The notes below the pieces were generated by a model that saw only the letters and a list, made by a program, of their open reading frames with translations, was not told the DNA's origin and did not search any database. A stretch of DNA of 57,877 nt, the filler included, from Circinaria calcarea (Eukaryota), in the NCBI GenBank assembly GCA_051942165.1. It is 2 parts of 2 records of this genome, joined end to end, with 100 filler letters (N's around TTAATTAATTAA, not from the genome) between each part and the next. Parts side by side here need not be neighbours in the genome. Positions count along the whole stretch, not along the records: positions 29,096 to 57,877 come from JAVECS010000051.1; 1 more part is not named here. One strand, 5' to 3'. Below are positions 48,259 to 57,877 of this stretch, piece after piece. The position numbers were made by a program, and so were the translations under genes. Each line of letters begins with the position of its first letter. Position 1 is the stretch's first letter.

Positions 48259-49701
48259 AATGCAATAACAATACACAGAGAACTTCATACGGAAAAGTGG
48301 GAGAGTAAGACACAAGCCCAAAACAAGTATCTTCCCCAGAAGATATTGAAAAGAGTCAGAATGATTTCATAGGCTGAAAGTCAATAGCCTTAACGTAGCC
48401 GAATCGAGATTAATTCCGCGAAGCACAGCCCGAGATGGACCCCCAACTCACAATTCTCCAGGTTTAGAAACGAGTTAGCTTTTGCAATAGATAAGCGTTA
48501 CTTGGGTTTTGCGGCGCTCACGGCCTATCAGCAATTATTTGCCATTCGTCGTGCGGCTGAGGTGTACTGCGGTAACTAATATGCTGATCTCCTTATGCGC
48601 TGATATGCTGGACGAATAAAACGCCATACATCACAGCTACGTTGGGGGCCTAATGGTGCCCACCTTAGCAGCATCACCACCACCATTAAGTCCTGAACTG
48701 GAGGCGCCTAGCGGCAGGAAAGACCCACTCATAGTGGTCGGAGACTGCTACATTATCTCACATATGCTGGTCACCCTTCTCAGGAGGGAATCGGTGAACA
48801 GAGCTTGCAGGGCCTCTAAGATGGAGCTATTATCATGCGGTTGATTGGCATAATATGGTACACCTATCAGAGTAAGTCTCAGCTACGCTTTTAGTGGTGG
48901 AGTCATTCCGCACCTCCATAACTTCGTCAGGTTGCCGTTATGTCTATCCGGTTGCCTCTTTCATGCCTTCCTCATTGAGTTGTGAGGTTTAATACCACTG
49001 CTCATACCTTTCCGACACCTACCTGTAGTGTGATGGCCTACAAGGCCACCCCTACTCCGTAGTGCAGCCAATACCGTGTGCACTAACAGTTCCCAGTGTA
49101 GTGCGCTGCCAAGCCCAGTTCTCGGTGCAGTGCGGAGGGCACTGCACTGCACTGCCAGTCCAGTTTAGAGGGTGTCGTACGGCCACGAGCCATTTGCCCG
49201 CCCCCACTGTAACCCCGGAGCCGTAATCGAGGCAATATACCCCTGTTTAGCGAGATTGCAATGCAGTTCGGGAACCATAACACTGTCAGGATATGCCCCG
49301 CAGACCATTGCCATATAACCTGCTATAGTAAGTGATCGTGCATGCGTGTACACCATTTTGGCGTAGCCGTAGTAGCTTCACCCACTATTACTAAGCTATG
49401 ACAAACACGGTACCAATAATAATGCGGAGGGCCACTGTCAAGCTAGTGCAGCTTCGAGGCCCATGCGAAAGGGCGCGATTTTAGTTTCCGGACACAAGCT
49501 TCTCGCTAAGCGCTTCCTGTGTCCGGAGACTTCAGACGCATTCTTTGTACTCCGTACTGCAGCGCACTAAACCGCTGCGAGCACAGTAGGCGCTAGTACT
49601 ATTAGCGCCTGTTGAAGATGATATTCGCAATAAACATTAAGCATTTACTCAAGTTTGATTTTTCTTATTGAAAAACTGATAGAGCAAGGAGTTATTTCGC
49701 T

Positions 49702-51401
49702 ATGGAGAAAAGCATAATAAACACGGTGGTTGTTACGCTCGTGGCAGTAATAGGTGCCACGACCTTATTCCTGGTGAGGCGTCTTCGAGTTCCTCGATTT
49801 CCAAATGAGCCGCCTTATATTTCTTCGATGGTCCCATACATTGGGCATGCTCTCGGACTATTTCGACACAAAATGTCATACTATAGTAAAATCAAGTATG
49901 TACATATCTTCCTTGCTTCGATAGGTTACAAAAAGGGTTACAGCTCGAGGATTGCCGTTTATTTATTAAGACCGAGACTATGTGTGTATCTTGCCGCTAA
50001 TCTAGAAGTGCCGTCTCAGTGTACACCGATTGCCAATCTACACCCTCACCATGCCGGGTGGTAAGATATACGTTGTGAACTCGCCCGACCTGGCGGTAGC
50101 GGTGCAGCGCCATCCGAAAACCCTTTCTTTCTGGTACCTAGAGGCACTGTTTGGGCAGCGTCTAGCTGCACTAAGCAAAGAAGCCGGCACCAAGCTTATG
50201 ACAAATGTGCAAGGCGAAGAAGGCGAGATCAGTCTCTTCCTGGACGGGATCAAGTTCTTGGCAAAGATCCTGAAACCAGGTGAGGGCCTCGATCACATGA
50301 ACCGCGTCGCACTTCAGAGTATCGCTGCATCGCTGGCCAAGTTCGAAGGCGATGGAAGCAGCAGAGTGGACTTGTGGGAGTGGATCCGCCACGAAGTTAC
50401 CATGGCGACGACGGAGAGTACGTATGGCAGAATGAACCCCTACAGGCAGGAAGAGGTGGAGACAGCATTCTGGCAGGTCGTGGAAATCCTATATCCTAGT
50501 ATTGTGTGCTAACAATGCTAGGCAACTCTCCGAGTATGCGTCTTTACTCCTTCTCGGAGCTATGCCAAGTATCTTTGCTAGAAAAGGTTACCTAGGTCGC
50601 GATAAGGTCACTGCTGCATTTGAGAGATACTTCGAGCTTCAAGGCTATGAGAATGCTTCTCCAATGACAAAGGGCCGTCATGAGATTATGCGAAAGCACG
50701 GTATCTCTGTTAAGGATATGGCGCGCTTCGAAGGTGTACAGGGAGTCACGATACTTTCCAATACTGTACCCTCCGCATTCTGGACGTTGTATCACGTTTT
50801 TTCAAGACCGTCGGTGCTCCAAAGCGTTCGAGAGGAAGCCTATACAATGCTAAGTGTCAGAGAAGAACAAGGTATAACAATACGGACACTCAACATCGAC
50901 AACATCAGGGAAATCCCCGTGTTTGCCTCGCTCATACAAGAAGCGCTTCGTCACCAAGCCCTGGGTGCGGGCACTCGGATGGTGATGGAGGATGTTCTGC
51001 TAGACAGCCACTACCTACTAAAGAAAGGCTCTTTTCTAATGATGCCCAATGCAATATTCCATTTTGATGAATCTACGTGGGGTCCGACTGTGGAACAGTT
51101 TGACGCTAAACGATTCATCAAATCCAAGTCAAGCGGGAAAGTTCATTCTGGCGCATTCCGGGCCTTTGGAGGTGGCGCTAACCTTTGCCCTGGGAGGTTC
51201 TTTGCCGTGACAGAAATCTTATCAATGGTCGCAATGTTCGCATTGAGATATGACCTCACTCCTGCCTCTGGCGAGTGGGTTGCTCCTAGACCAGATCTAG
51301 CAAATATGTCCTTTATAGTCAACCCTCCAAAAGACAAGATAGCTGTCACCGTAAACCCTAGGAAGGGATGGGAGCATGGTCTGTGGGCATTTGAACTTTG
51401 A
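49702..51401 (+). CDS. Cytochrome P450, CYP7/CYP8-like (sterol 7-alpha-hydroxylase-like) fungal clade; 2 introns
   Basis: TM anchor, EPPYISSMVPYIGHALGL, LPIYTLTMPGGKIYVVNSP, YGRMNPY, I-helix ILSNTVPSAFW (Asn-Thr as in CYP7/8), EALR, FDAKRF, heme FGGGANLCPGRFFA. Confidence 0.92.
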
Positions 51402-51609
51402 AAAGGGAATACAGAGTAAGAGGAGCCAGTGATTGGCTTAACAATGTCCACTAAATATGGAATAAGGATCAGTTTAGAACATTTCGCGTCTATTTTTGAT
51501 AATGCTTCTTTTTCGTCTCTCGTATTGTAAATTGGCTATACCATATTCAAATAAAATCCAAATTCAGTCCCGAGCCCAGATCAGCATGCGTCGTCTACAC
51601 GCAATTTAA

Positions 51610-53156
51610 TCAACTTTGCCATATTCTATGTGTCAGATGGATTTGATCGTCCTTCACCGGCTCTGCCTTTCCCCTCTCTATATAAGTTTTCACGGTGTGT
51701 GTTTGGCCCAAATTATGCTGTGATTGCATTGATGCAAAGTCGGCATTAATACGGTATACTTGGGACGGCTCGATGCTATGCATATTAACCTCGGAGCCGA
51801 CTTTCCCAAGTTCGACGTCTGACTGAAAGCGGCTGAAGGACTTGTTGTTCCGAGTCATTATGCTGCGCAAATCGCTCCATCGCGAATAGAGTTTGGATTT
51901 CAGCGTCTGGTAGATCGGAAGATGATGTTGGACCACCTTCGAGAAAGAGGGTATGCATGACACGATTACTCCGACGTACATTTCCACGAGTCTACAACCT
52001 TGTTAGCGGACTGAATGGCTATAGAAACATTGTGAGATACCTACGCTAAAAGTATAACGTTAAGACTGGCCCATGTTGTATCATCGGTCGAATTATCGAC
52101 GACTCGGTAATAAATACTGAGGAGGGAGGCAACGCAGGCGCTATGTGACCGTCTTTAGTAGTAGTTAGAAGGAAGGAGGGCTTACTATCATACAGTAAAC
52201 CGGTCAAAAAGATCAATATGATCCCGATCTTACGTCGCTTCGGCATCTGCAGTTGCCAAATAGCCCTAATGGGCAAAATTAAAAGATAGATGTCGGTGAC
52301 AAACCCCACGGAAGCTATAGGAATTGAGAGCCCATATTGTGCATTATGTTCCTGCACACTGAAAAGGTGCTCTAGCCATGTTTCCCCGGATCTGGGGGTT
52401 GTAAGTATGAACATGGCAATGCTGGCGGCAACGTAAAATGCACTCGTGAACGTGCCGCCAATATAAATACAGATTCTCATCCATCTCAGTGGGCGAAACA
52501 GTTGAAAGTACATAATGTAGAAAGTGAGCTTGGCGGCAAGAAGAGTTGGCCCGGGCAGCGCAGAACTCAGGAAAGCTTGTGACTGTACTAAAGTTAGTTA
52601 TGCTTCCATTGCAGCAAGCGTGTGAACCCACAATTATGAAGCCTTTACCCAATATAGTAGCAAGTGTTACGTCCCATTGGTGCTTTCCCAACCCATTTTT
52701 TACTCCTATTGCAGGATTTAGCAGGCGCTCACAAGTTAAGATTTGAAAGGAGCCAGATGACTCACCCCATATCTCGACCCCCAAATATGCCGTAGCACCC
52801 ATCTATTAAAGGCTCTATCAAAAAGGGTTCCGGTGGCATCTATTAGGAGGAGGTCTGGTGATGAACTCACAACTGCAAGGGAGCAAGTCACTGTTACTGC
52901 CTTTAGCGTGATAATACCATCCGAGGAGAAGTCAAATTAACTTACGATCATCCCAAGCCAGTTTTCGAATGATGAAAAGCCTAGAATACATTCTGACTGA
53001 ATAGAAGAGTAACATGAGGCCCCATAAGATGGAGCCCACAATGTGTATGAGATACCCTCGGTCTTCTGGATTGGTGAAATTGGAGACTACTCCTGGCGGT
53101 GGCTTCAAGGCAGGAATCATGCCCCATAGTGCTGGCGGAGGAAGTGACGTTGACAT
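51610..53156 (-). CDS. PTH11-like fungal rhodopsin-domain integral membrane protein (no CFEM), multi-exon
   Basis: PALKPPPGVVSNFTNPE, VRMYSRLFIIRKLAWDD, GLGKHQWDV, AKLTFYIMYFQLFRP, VTDIYLLILPIRAIWQLQMPKRRKIGIILIFLTG, VEMYVGVIVSCIPSF. Confidence 0.9.
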
Positions 53157-54165
53157 GATGGAAGATGTTCAGATCTTAAAGGCCAAGTGGTCAGGATGTG
53201 ATGAAAGCAACAGGGGGGAAATGAGAAAGACGTGAGTAGGCCACTGCGTGAGCAAGTGATCAGGTCACCCGGGAGAAACACCGAGGACTTCGGGCGAGTG
53301 TAACGCAAAGAACAGCCGGAAAACATTCATGAGAGATATAGAAGCCAAGAAGGCGGAGCCCCCTTCGTCGTACAACAATGGAGGCTGAGGTTAAAGGCTT
53401 GTGCCAGTGTTTCGGCTTGAGCGGACAGGATCTGCTGAGAGGAGCAGCTGTGAAAGGGGACGCGGAATCCGCAGTTGACAGTGCGCCATGCATGCAAGCT
53501 TTCTGTGCGAGAATGGCGTGGCAGAAGGATGCTTAGTACCAAAGCCCACTCGATATCGGGGAATAACATCTCCAAGAGGGGTTGCGCCATTTACCCAGGA
53601 GCTGGGGTCCTCAATCCTCACGTACATGCCAGTTGCAGCAGCCGATCCGAGTCAGGCATCGAATAGTTCTAGTTCTACAGAGTATGCGGGAGCCGAAACA
53701 GAAGAGGCACGGTCACTGCTGCATGACTATTTCACCCACAGCCAAAGAACTAGTCCCGCCTTAGTGCTTACTTACAAGTCGGTAGAATTCACTTTCAAGG
53801 TACCTCAGCTGTGCCCGACAGGCCCCCACCCAGTCTACCATACGGAGTGTTGTAGCCTGACTAACGCAATTCAGTTAGAATATTTGAGCCAAATGGTAGC
53901 TCTTGCCGCCAAGTCGAATTTACTACCACTTTGTAGTATCTGACGTTGTACAAGTACTGCTTCTTCAGCTGCCGAAGAGATGCCTTTTCGCCTTTTTAGC
54001 CCCTTGTGCTTGTTACTAGCTGGCTGGGCTCGGCCTTTTACCTCCCCGTCTTGTGCTCCCAGCTCAGCCTTTTCAAATTGTCAGATTCTTCTTTGGATTA
54101 CCATTGACCTCCTTCTGATACCCGTGGCCTGATTGTCTATCTCCACGCAAAGAAACGATCATGAA

Positions 54166-55251
54166 ATGGAAGACCACCTCGGCATTGTCCTGGTGATTGG
54201 TGGGTGCGGCTGTGTCGGCTTTCACGTCGTCAAAGCATTGCTCGAAGAACCATCTTGCTCCTCTATCCATGTCTTCTCTCGCAACCCATATCATAATCGT
54301 CTCCCAGGCGTACAGTATCACGCCGGGAGCCTTACTTCCTTCGAAGACATACGCTCCCTCTTCGAAACCATTCACCCGACCGTCGTTTTCCATGTCGCCT
54401 CTCCACTCTCGTCCGGTAACGATGCCAATAACAAACTCTTCTATGATACGAACGTGCAAGGCACCAAGTACCTACTGGATCGGGCCGGCAATACTCCAAG
54501 CGTCAAGGCCTTTGTTTACACATCCTCCTCAAGTGTCGCTCAGGAGCCTTACAACTTCATCACAGAGGCCACCCCACTAATTTCATGCAAATCTGGCTTC
54601 AATTACTACTCGGCAACTAAAGCGTTGGCTGACGAGTGCGTCCTGAAAGCTAACAATCCAGCGGGTGGCTTCCGCACTGCCTGTCTTCGCATCTGCACCG
54701 TCTACGGCGAGCGGGACAATCAACTGATTCCGGGTACACTCAAGGCGCTCCGAGACGGGCGGCAACATAACCAGATCGGAAGCAACACTCATCTGTTTGA
54801 TTTCGTCTCTGCTACCAATGCCGCAACAGCCCATGTACTAGCCGCCAAGGCCATACTACGAGGCTTCCACGACCCCCAATCACCAAAGGTCGATGGCGAG
54901 GCTTTCTTCATTACCGACGGTAAGCCCGTCTTCTTCTGGGACTTCTCCCGCAAGGTTTGGAGCGCAGCAGGAGACCGAACACCCGCAAAGGCAGTCAAGA
55001 TAATTCCTGCCTGGTTTGTACTCGGTCTTGCGATCACGGTGGAGTGGATTTATTGGGTATTTACCTTTGGGCAAAGGACGCCGAAATTTCTGCGTAGCCA
55101 CACGATCCGATGGGTGACATCACAGCGCACATTTTCGATAGAGAAGGCGAAGCAACGGTTGGATTATAGGCCTGTTGACGACATGGATGAGAGTATCATC
55201 AAAGGTGTTGAATGGTGCTTAAAAGAAACACAAACGTCGAAAAAGTACTAG
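54166..55251 (+). CDS. Second Erg26-like 3-beta-hydroxysteroid dehydrogenase/decarboxylase paralog, intronless
   Basis: MEDHLGIVLVIGGCGCVGFHVV, FHVASP, TNVQGTKYLLD, KAFVYTSSSSV, catalytic YSATK, VYGERDNQLIPG, QIGSNTHLFDFVSATNAATAHVLAA, KVDGEAFFITDGKPVFFWDF, WIYWVFTFG. Collinear with 38878-39972 but clearly diverged. Confidence 0.92.
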   Translation: MEDHLGIVLVIGGCGCVGFHVVKALLEEPSCSSIHVFSRNPYHNRLPGVQYHAGSLTSFEDIRSLFETIHPTVVFHVASPLSSGNDANNKLFYDTNVQGTKYLLDRAGNTPSVKAFVYTSSSSVAQEPYNFITEATPLISCKSGFNYYSATKALADECVLKANNPAGGFRTACLRICTVYGERDNQLIPGTLKALRDGRQHNQIGSNTHLFDFVSATNAATAHVLAAKAILRGFHDPQSPKVDGEAFFITDGKPVFFWDFSRKVWSAAGDRTPAKAVKIIPAWFVLGLAITVEWIYWVFTFGQRTPKFLRSHTIRWVTSQRTFSIEKAKQRLDYRPVDDMDESIIKGVEWCLKETQTSKKY

Positions 55252-55466
55252 AATTATAGTAAAGACCTGCATTACTTTAGAGAAATATATCAAAATTGAA
55301 AATAATAATTACATATAAATACTTTTGAAAAAACGAGGGAAACTAGATTTAACCCCTTATATGCAGTGGTTTTCCAAGAATATTGTGGGTAAAACAATTT
55401 GTGACATAATTTATTCCGCGTAATTTTCTGGTCTCAATAGAGAATACTAATTCCTCAGTTATTGAC

Positions 55467-56981
55467 ATGTCGTTATTTAGCATCTGCATCATTGTGCCCA
55501 AACCTTCAGTGAATTCGGTGAAGAAAGCCCTAGAGGCGCAAAGGAAGTTAGACAAAGCGCGAAAGATTGAAAGTATCAGCAACGCAGAGTGTTTACTTGA
55601 ATATGTCACCGAAACTGGTTACCGGTACGATGGCAGAGGGTTCCTTGTGCGCACAACGGAGACCGTCAAAGTTACAGATGAGAGTACTGCCCAAGCGATG
55701 CTTGACTCCGAGAGAGACTCCCTAGCAAGAAAGCTAGGGATTGAGCTGTATGCTCCAATGGTCAGCTTCGCCGTCTACCCCTGGGAATTGGATTCGACAC
55801 TATCTGCACTACCAGGGTGGGATACGCCCGCAAAAGGCCGCTTGGCTCAGTTAATCACCCACTGGCTCCTCGATCTCCCATCCGAACTCCGTTCCTCCCT
55901 TCCAACTCCCGTCACCCAGCTTGTCTCCATATTGCCAGCCTCTTATACCATCTACCCGCCGCTTCTCCTCCTTCCCCCACCCGCCTTCACCCGTCCGCCC
56001 TGGCCCAAGCTGCTAGACACGATTCTGAAGCCCTACCTCCTAGCTCTCTACCTCCTCCTCTGCCAAACCCTCCACGTCACGCACATCGCCCGCAACGCAC
56101 CCATCCCCCTCCTCTCCACATCCACCGAAGCAAACCCTTCCCCCAACATCCTCCGTGCGCCAATTGCTCTCACCCGTCTCCACGGCGACTTCGGACCCCC
56201 AGGTCTTCTACCCTCCCCGTCCGCCTTCACAGCCGCCTTCTGGGTCTCCACACGCCAGCACTCCATCTACCAGACCTGGGCCCCCCTCTACACCATGTTT
56301 TCGCGCGGCAACATCTCCGAGAAGGCGCGGATCTTAGCCATGCCGGAGCTCAGTACCGAGAGGCTAGGCTATGAGCCCGCCGAAAGCAGTGCCGTGGATC
56401 TGTATGCCGGAATCGGTTATTTTGCGTTTTGCTATGCGAAAAGGGGGGTGGGAAGGGTGTTCTGCTGGGAGATTAGCGGGTGGAGTGTTGAGGGGTTGAG
56501 GCGGGGAGCGGAGGGGAATGGGTGGAGAATAAGGATGGTTGAAGGGGAAGAGAGATGCGAGGGCAGCCGGGAGAAGTTGGTAGTGTTTGCGGAGGATAAT
56601 CGGAGGGCAGGTGAGAGGATGAGGAGCATGAGAGGGAGGATCCCGCCCGTCCGACATGTGAACTGCGGGTTCCTGCCGAGTTCGGAGGGGAGCTGGGAGA
56701 CGGCGGTTGATGTTTTAGATCCAGTGGAGGGAGGATGGGTTCATGCACATGAGAATATTGCGATTGAGGATATTGAAGCAAGACGGGACCAAATCGTGAA
56801 GCTTTTTGAAAGATTATTGATAGAGCACGGGGCCAAGCCACACCGAACGGTGGAATGCCAGCATCTGGAGAAGGTCAAATCATACGCGCCAGGCGTCATG
56901 CACTGTGTGTTGGATATCTATATCGGGCCCGCCCTCCAGTCCACCAGGTCTACTGTAACCACGCCCAAACCAGGAAGCTGA
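55467..56981 (+). CDS. TYW2: tRNA wybutosine-synthesizing protein 2 (Trm12/Tyw2 aminocarboxypropyl transferase)
   Basis: YTIYPPLLLLP, VTHIARNAPI, NILRAP, FWVSTRQHSIYQTWAPLYTMFSRGNISEKARIL, AVDLYAGIGYFAFCY, CWEISGWSVEGLRRGA, RHVNCGFLPSS, HAHEN, VKSYAPGVMHCVLDI. Confidence 0.93.
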   Translation: MSLFSICIIVPKPSVNSVKKALEAQRKLDKARKIESISNAECLLEYVTETGYRYDGRGFLVRTTETVKVTDESTAQAMLDSERDSLARKLGIELYAPMVSFAVYPWELDSTLSALPGWDTPAKGRLAQLITHWLLDLPSELRSSLPTPVTQLVSILPASYTIYPPLLLLPPPAFTRPPWPKLLDTILKPYLLALYLLLCQTLHVTHIARNAPIPLLSTSTEANPSPNILRAPIALTRLHGDFGPPGLLPSPSAFTAAFWVSTRQHSIYQTWAPLYTMFSRGNISEKARILAMPELSTERLGYEPAESSAVDLYAGIGYFAFCYAKRGVGRVFCWEISGWSVEGLRRGAEGNGWRIRMVEGEERCEGSREKLVVFAEDNRRAGERMRSMRGRIPPVRHVNCGFLPSSEGSWETAVDVLDPVEGGWVHAHENIAIEDIEARRDQIVKLFERLLIEHGAKPHRTVECQHLEKVKSYAPGVMHCVLDIYIGPALQSTRSTVTTPKPGS

Positions 56982-57115
56982 TGTACAGTACCGAGAATGT
57001 CAACGGATGATACCGGTCGAAATCCTGTCCCGCATGTTCCCAAAACCCGACCCAACAAAGAACACTTGCGATAAAGTAAGGAGTACGAGAATGATGACGT
57101 CGCTCGTCTGGTTCT

Positions 57116-57877
57116 CTAGTGCCGCCGAAACTTCTGGGGGATGTTCTCTTCGACTACCTGTCTCTTTTCCAGCTCTTCCAGGTGCTCGGCGGCTGCTTCT
57201 TCCCGGTCATGCTTGGCGAAGTGGGCGATGTCTTCCGGGTGGTTGAGGTCTTCTTCCCGGGTATCTATCCAAGAACAAATATGAGCATATATATCCGGTC
57301 TGGTTGAGGAGAAACCCACTCTCATCGTGAAACTTCTCAAAATGATGAATCTCGTACTCGTACTCGTCGTCTCCGTGATGGCCTGGTCCCAACTAAACCC
57401 CCAGAAATGTCAGCGCTTGCGACCATGGTCGTTTTGTCTAAGTGCATTCCCTCCCAGTCCTCATTCCTCTAATCCATCCCCTCCCTGCCCTCTTTCCCAC
57501 CTCGGACCAAAACTCACCCCGAAATCCGGTAAGACCACTCCCTTCGCCACCCTATCCATCCACTCCGCCCTCTCCACGACTCCATTGTGGTCCGTATCGA
57601 ACAGCTTAAACACCCCCCTGGTGACCTCCTCCCTCTTTTCTTTGCTCACGTCCTTGGTGCTCTCATCCTCGAGCCCGTACATGCGCCGGACCTCGTTCGG
57701 CGTCCAGCCACCGTCGGAATCGAAATCGTGCAGCGTGAAGAAGGAGGAGGGGTCGAAGTTGCCGATGTGATGTTCTTCGGCCATGTGGCGCGTTGGCCAG
57801 TCGGCGGATGGGGAAATGGGAATTTGGTCGTGGTGAGAGCCGGAGTGGGCGAGGGTGAGGAGGGGGAGGGCGAGGAG
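57116..57877 (-). CDS. SSP120: Ssp120-like EF-hand secretory-pathway protein (start codon outside the window)
   Basis: Signal-peptide tail LLALPLLTLAH, DWPTRHMAEEHHIGNFDPSSFFTLHDFDSDGGW, EF-hand DTDHNGVVERAEW, LPDFG, GPGHHGDDEYEYEIHHFEKFHDE, EEDLNHPEDIAHFAKHD, NIPQKFRRH*. Confidence 0.92.

Noticed and set aside
1..57877. tRNA, rRNA, CRISPR arrays, intact transposons
   Set aside because: No cloverleaf, rRNA, repeat-spacer array, transposase or reverse-transcriptase signature was seen; the ggttcgactccc at ~40776 resembles a T-loop/B-box but has no surrounding tRNA structure that I could fold.

Overview
Eukaryotic DNA from an intron-containing filamentous ascomycete (Pezizomycotina-type genes). 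The window is two pieces joined by an artificial 100-bp spacer (N44-TTAATTAATTAA-N44, 28996-29095), so adjacency across it is not evidence of linkage. Left piece: HpcH/HpaI aldolase (partial), glutamate-cysteine ligase, a decaying SET-domain/MFS divergent pair, a Q/N/P-rich hypothetical protein, an amino-acid permease, RPL5, an Mhp1-like LRR protein and a Cys/Ser-Thr-rich single-pass membrane protein. Right piece: three adjacent broken polyol/sugar oxidoreductase genes (KduD-like SDR, sorbitol/xylitol dehydrogenase, Gfo/Idh/MocA), an LCB3-like phosphatase, and then the most interesting region (about 37.5-55.3 kb). There ERG28 lies head-to-head with ERG26, and a second diverged ERG26-like gene lies 14 kb downstream. 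Between the two copies are a P450 remnant, a DHA1 MFS exporter, two divergently transcribed P450s (one CYP7/8-like), a PTH11-like membrane protein and a duplicated, partly inverted non-coding module. This looks like a candidate sterol-tailoring gene cluster with no backbone synthase. TYW2 and SSP120 (partial) end the window. Several stretches show homopolymer-type sequencing noise, so single-base frameshifts are treated with caution. All family assignments come from motif recognition by eye, not database searches.
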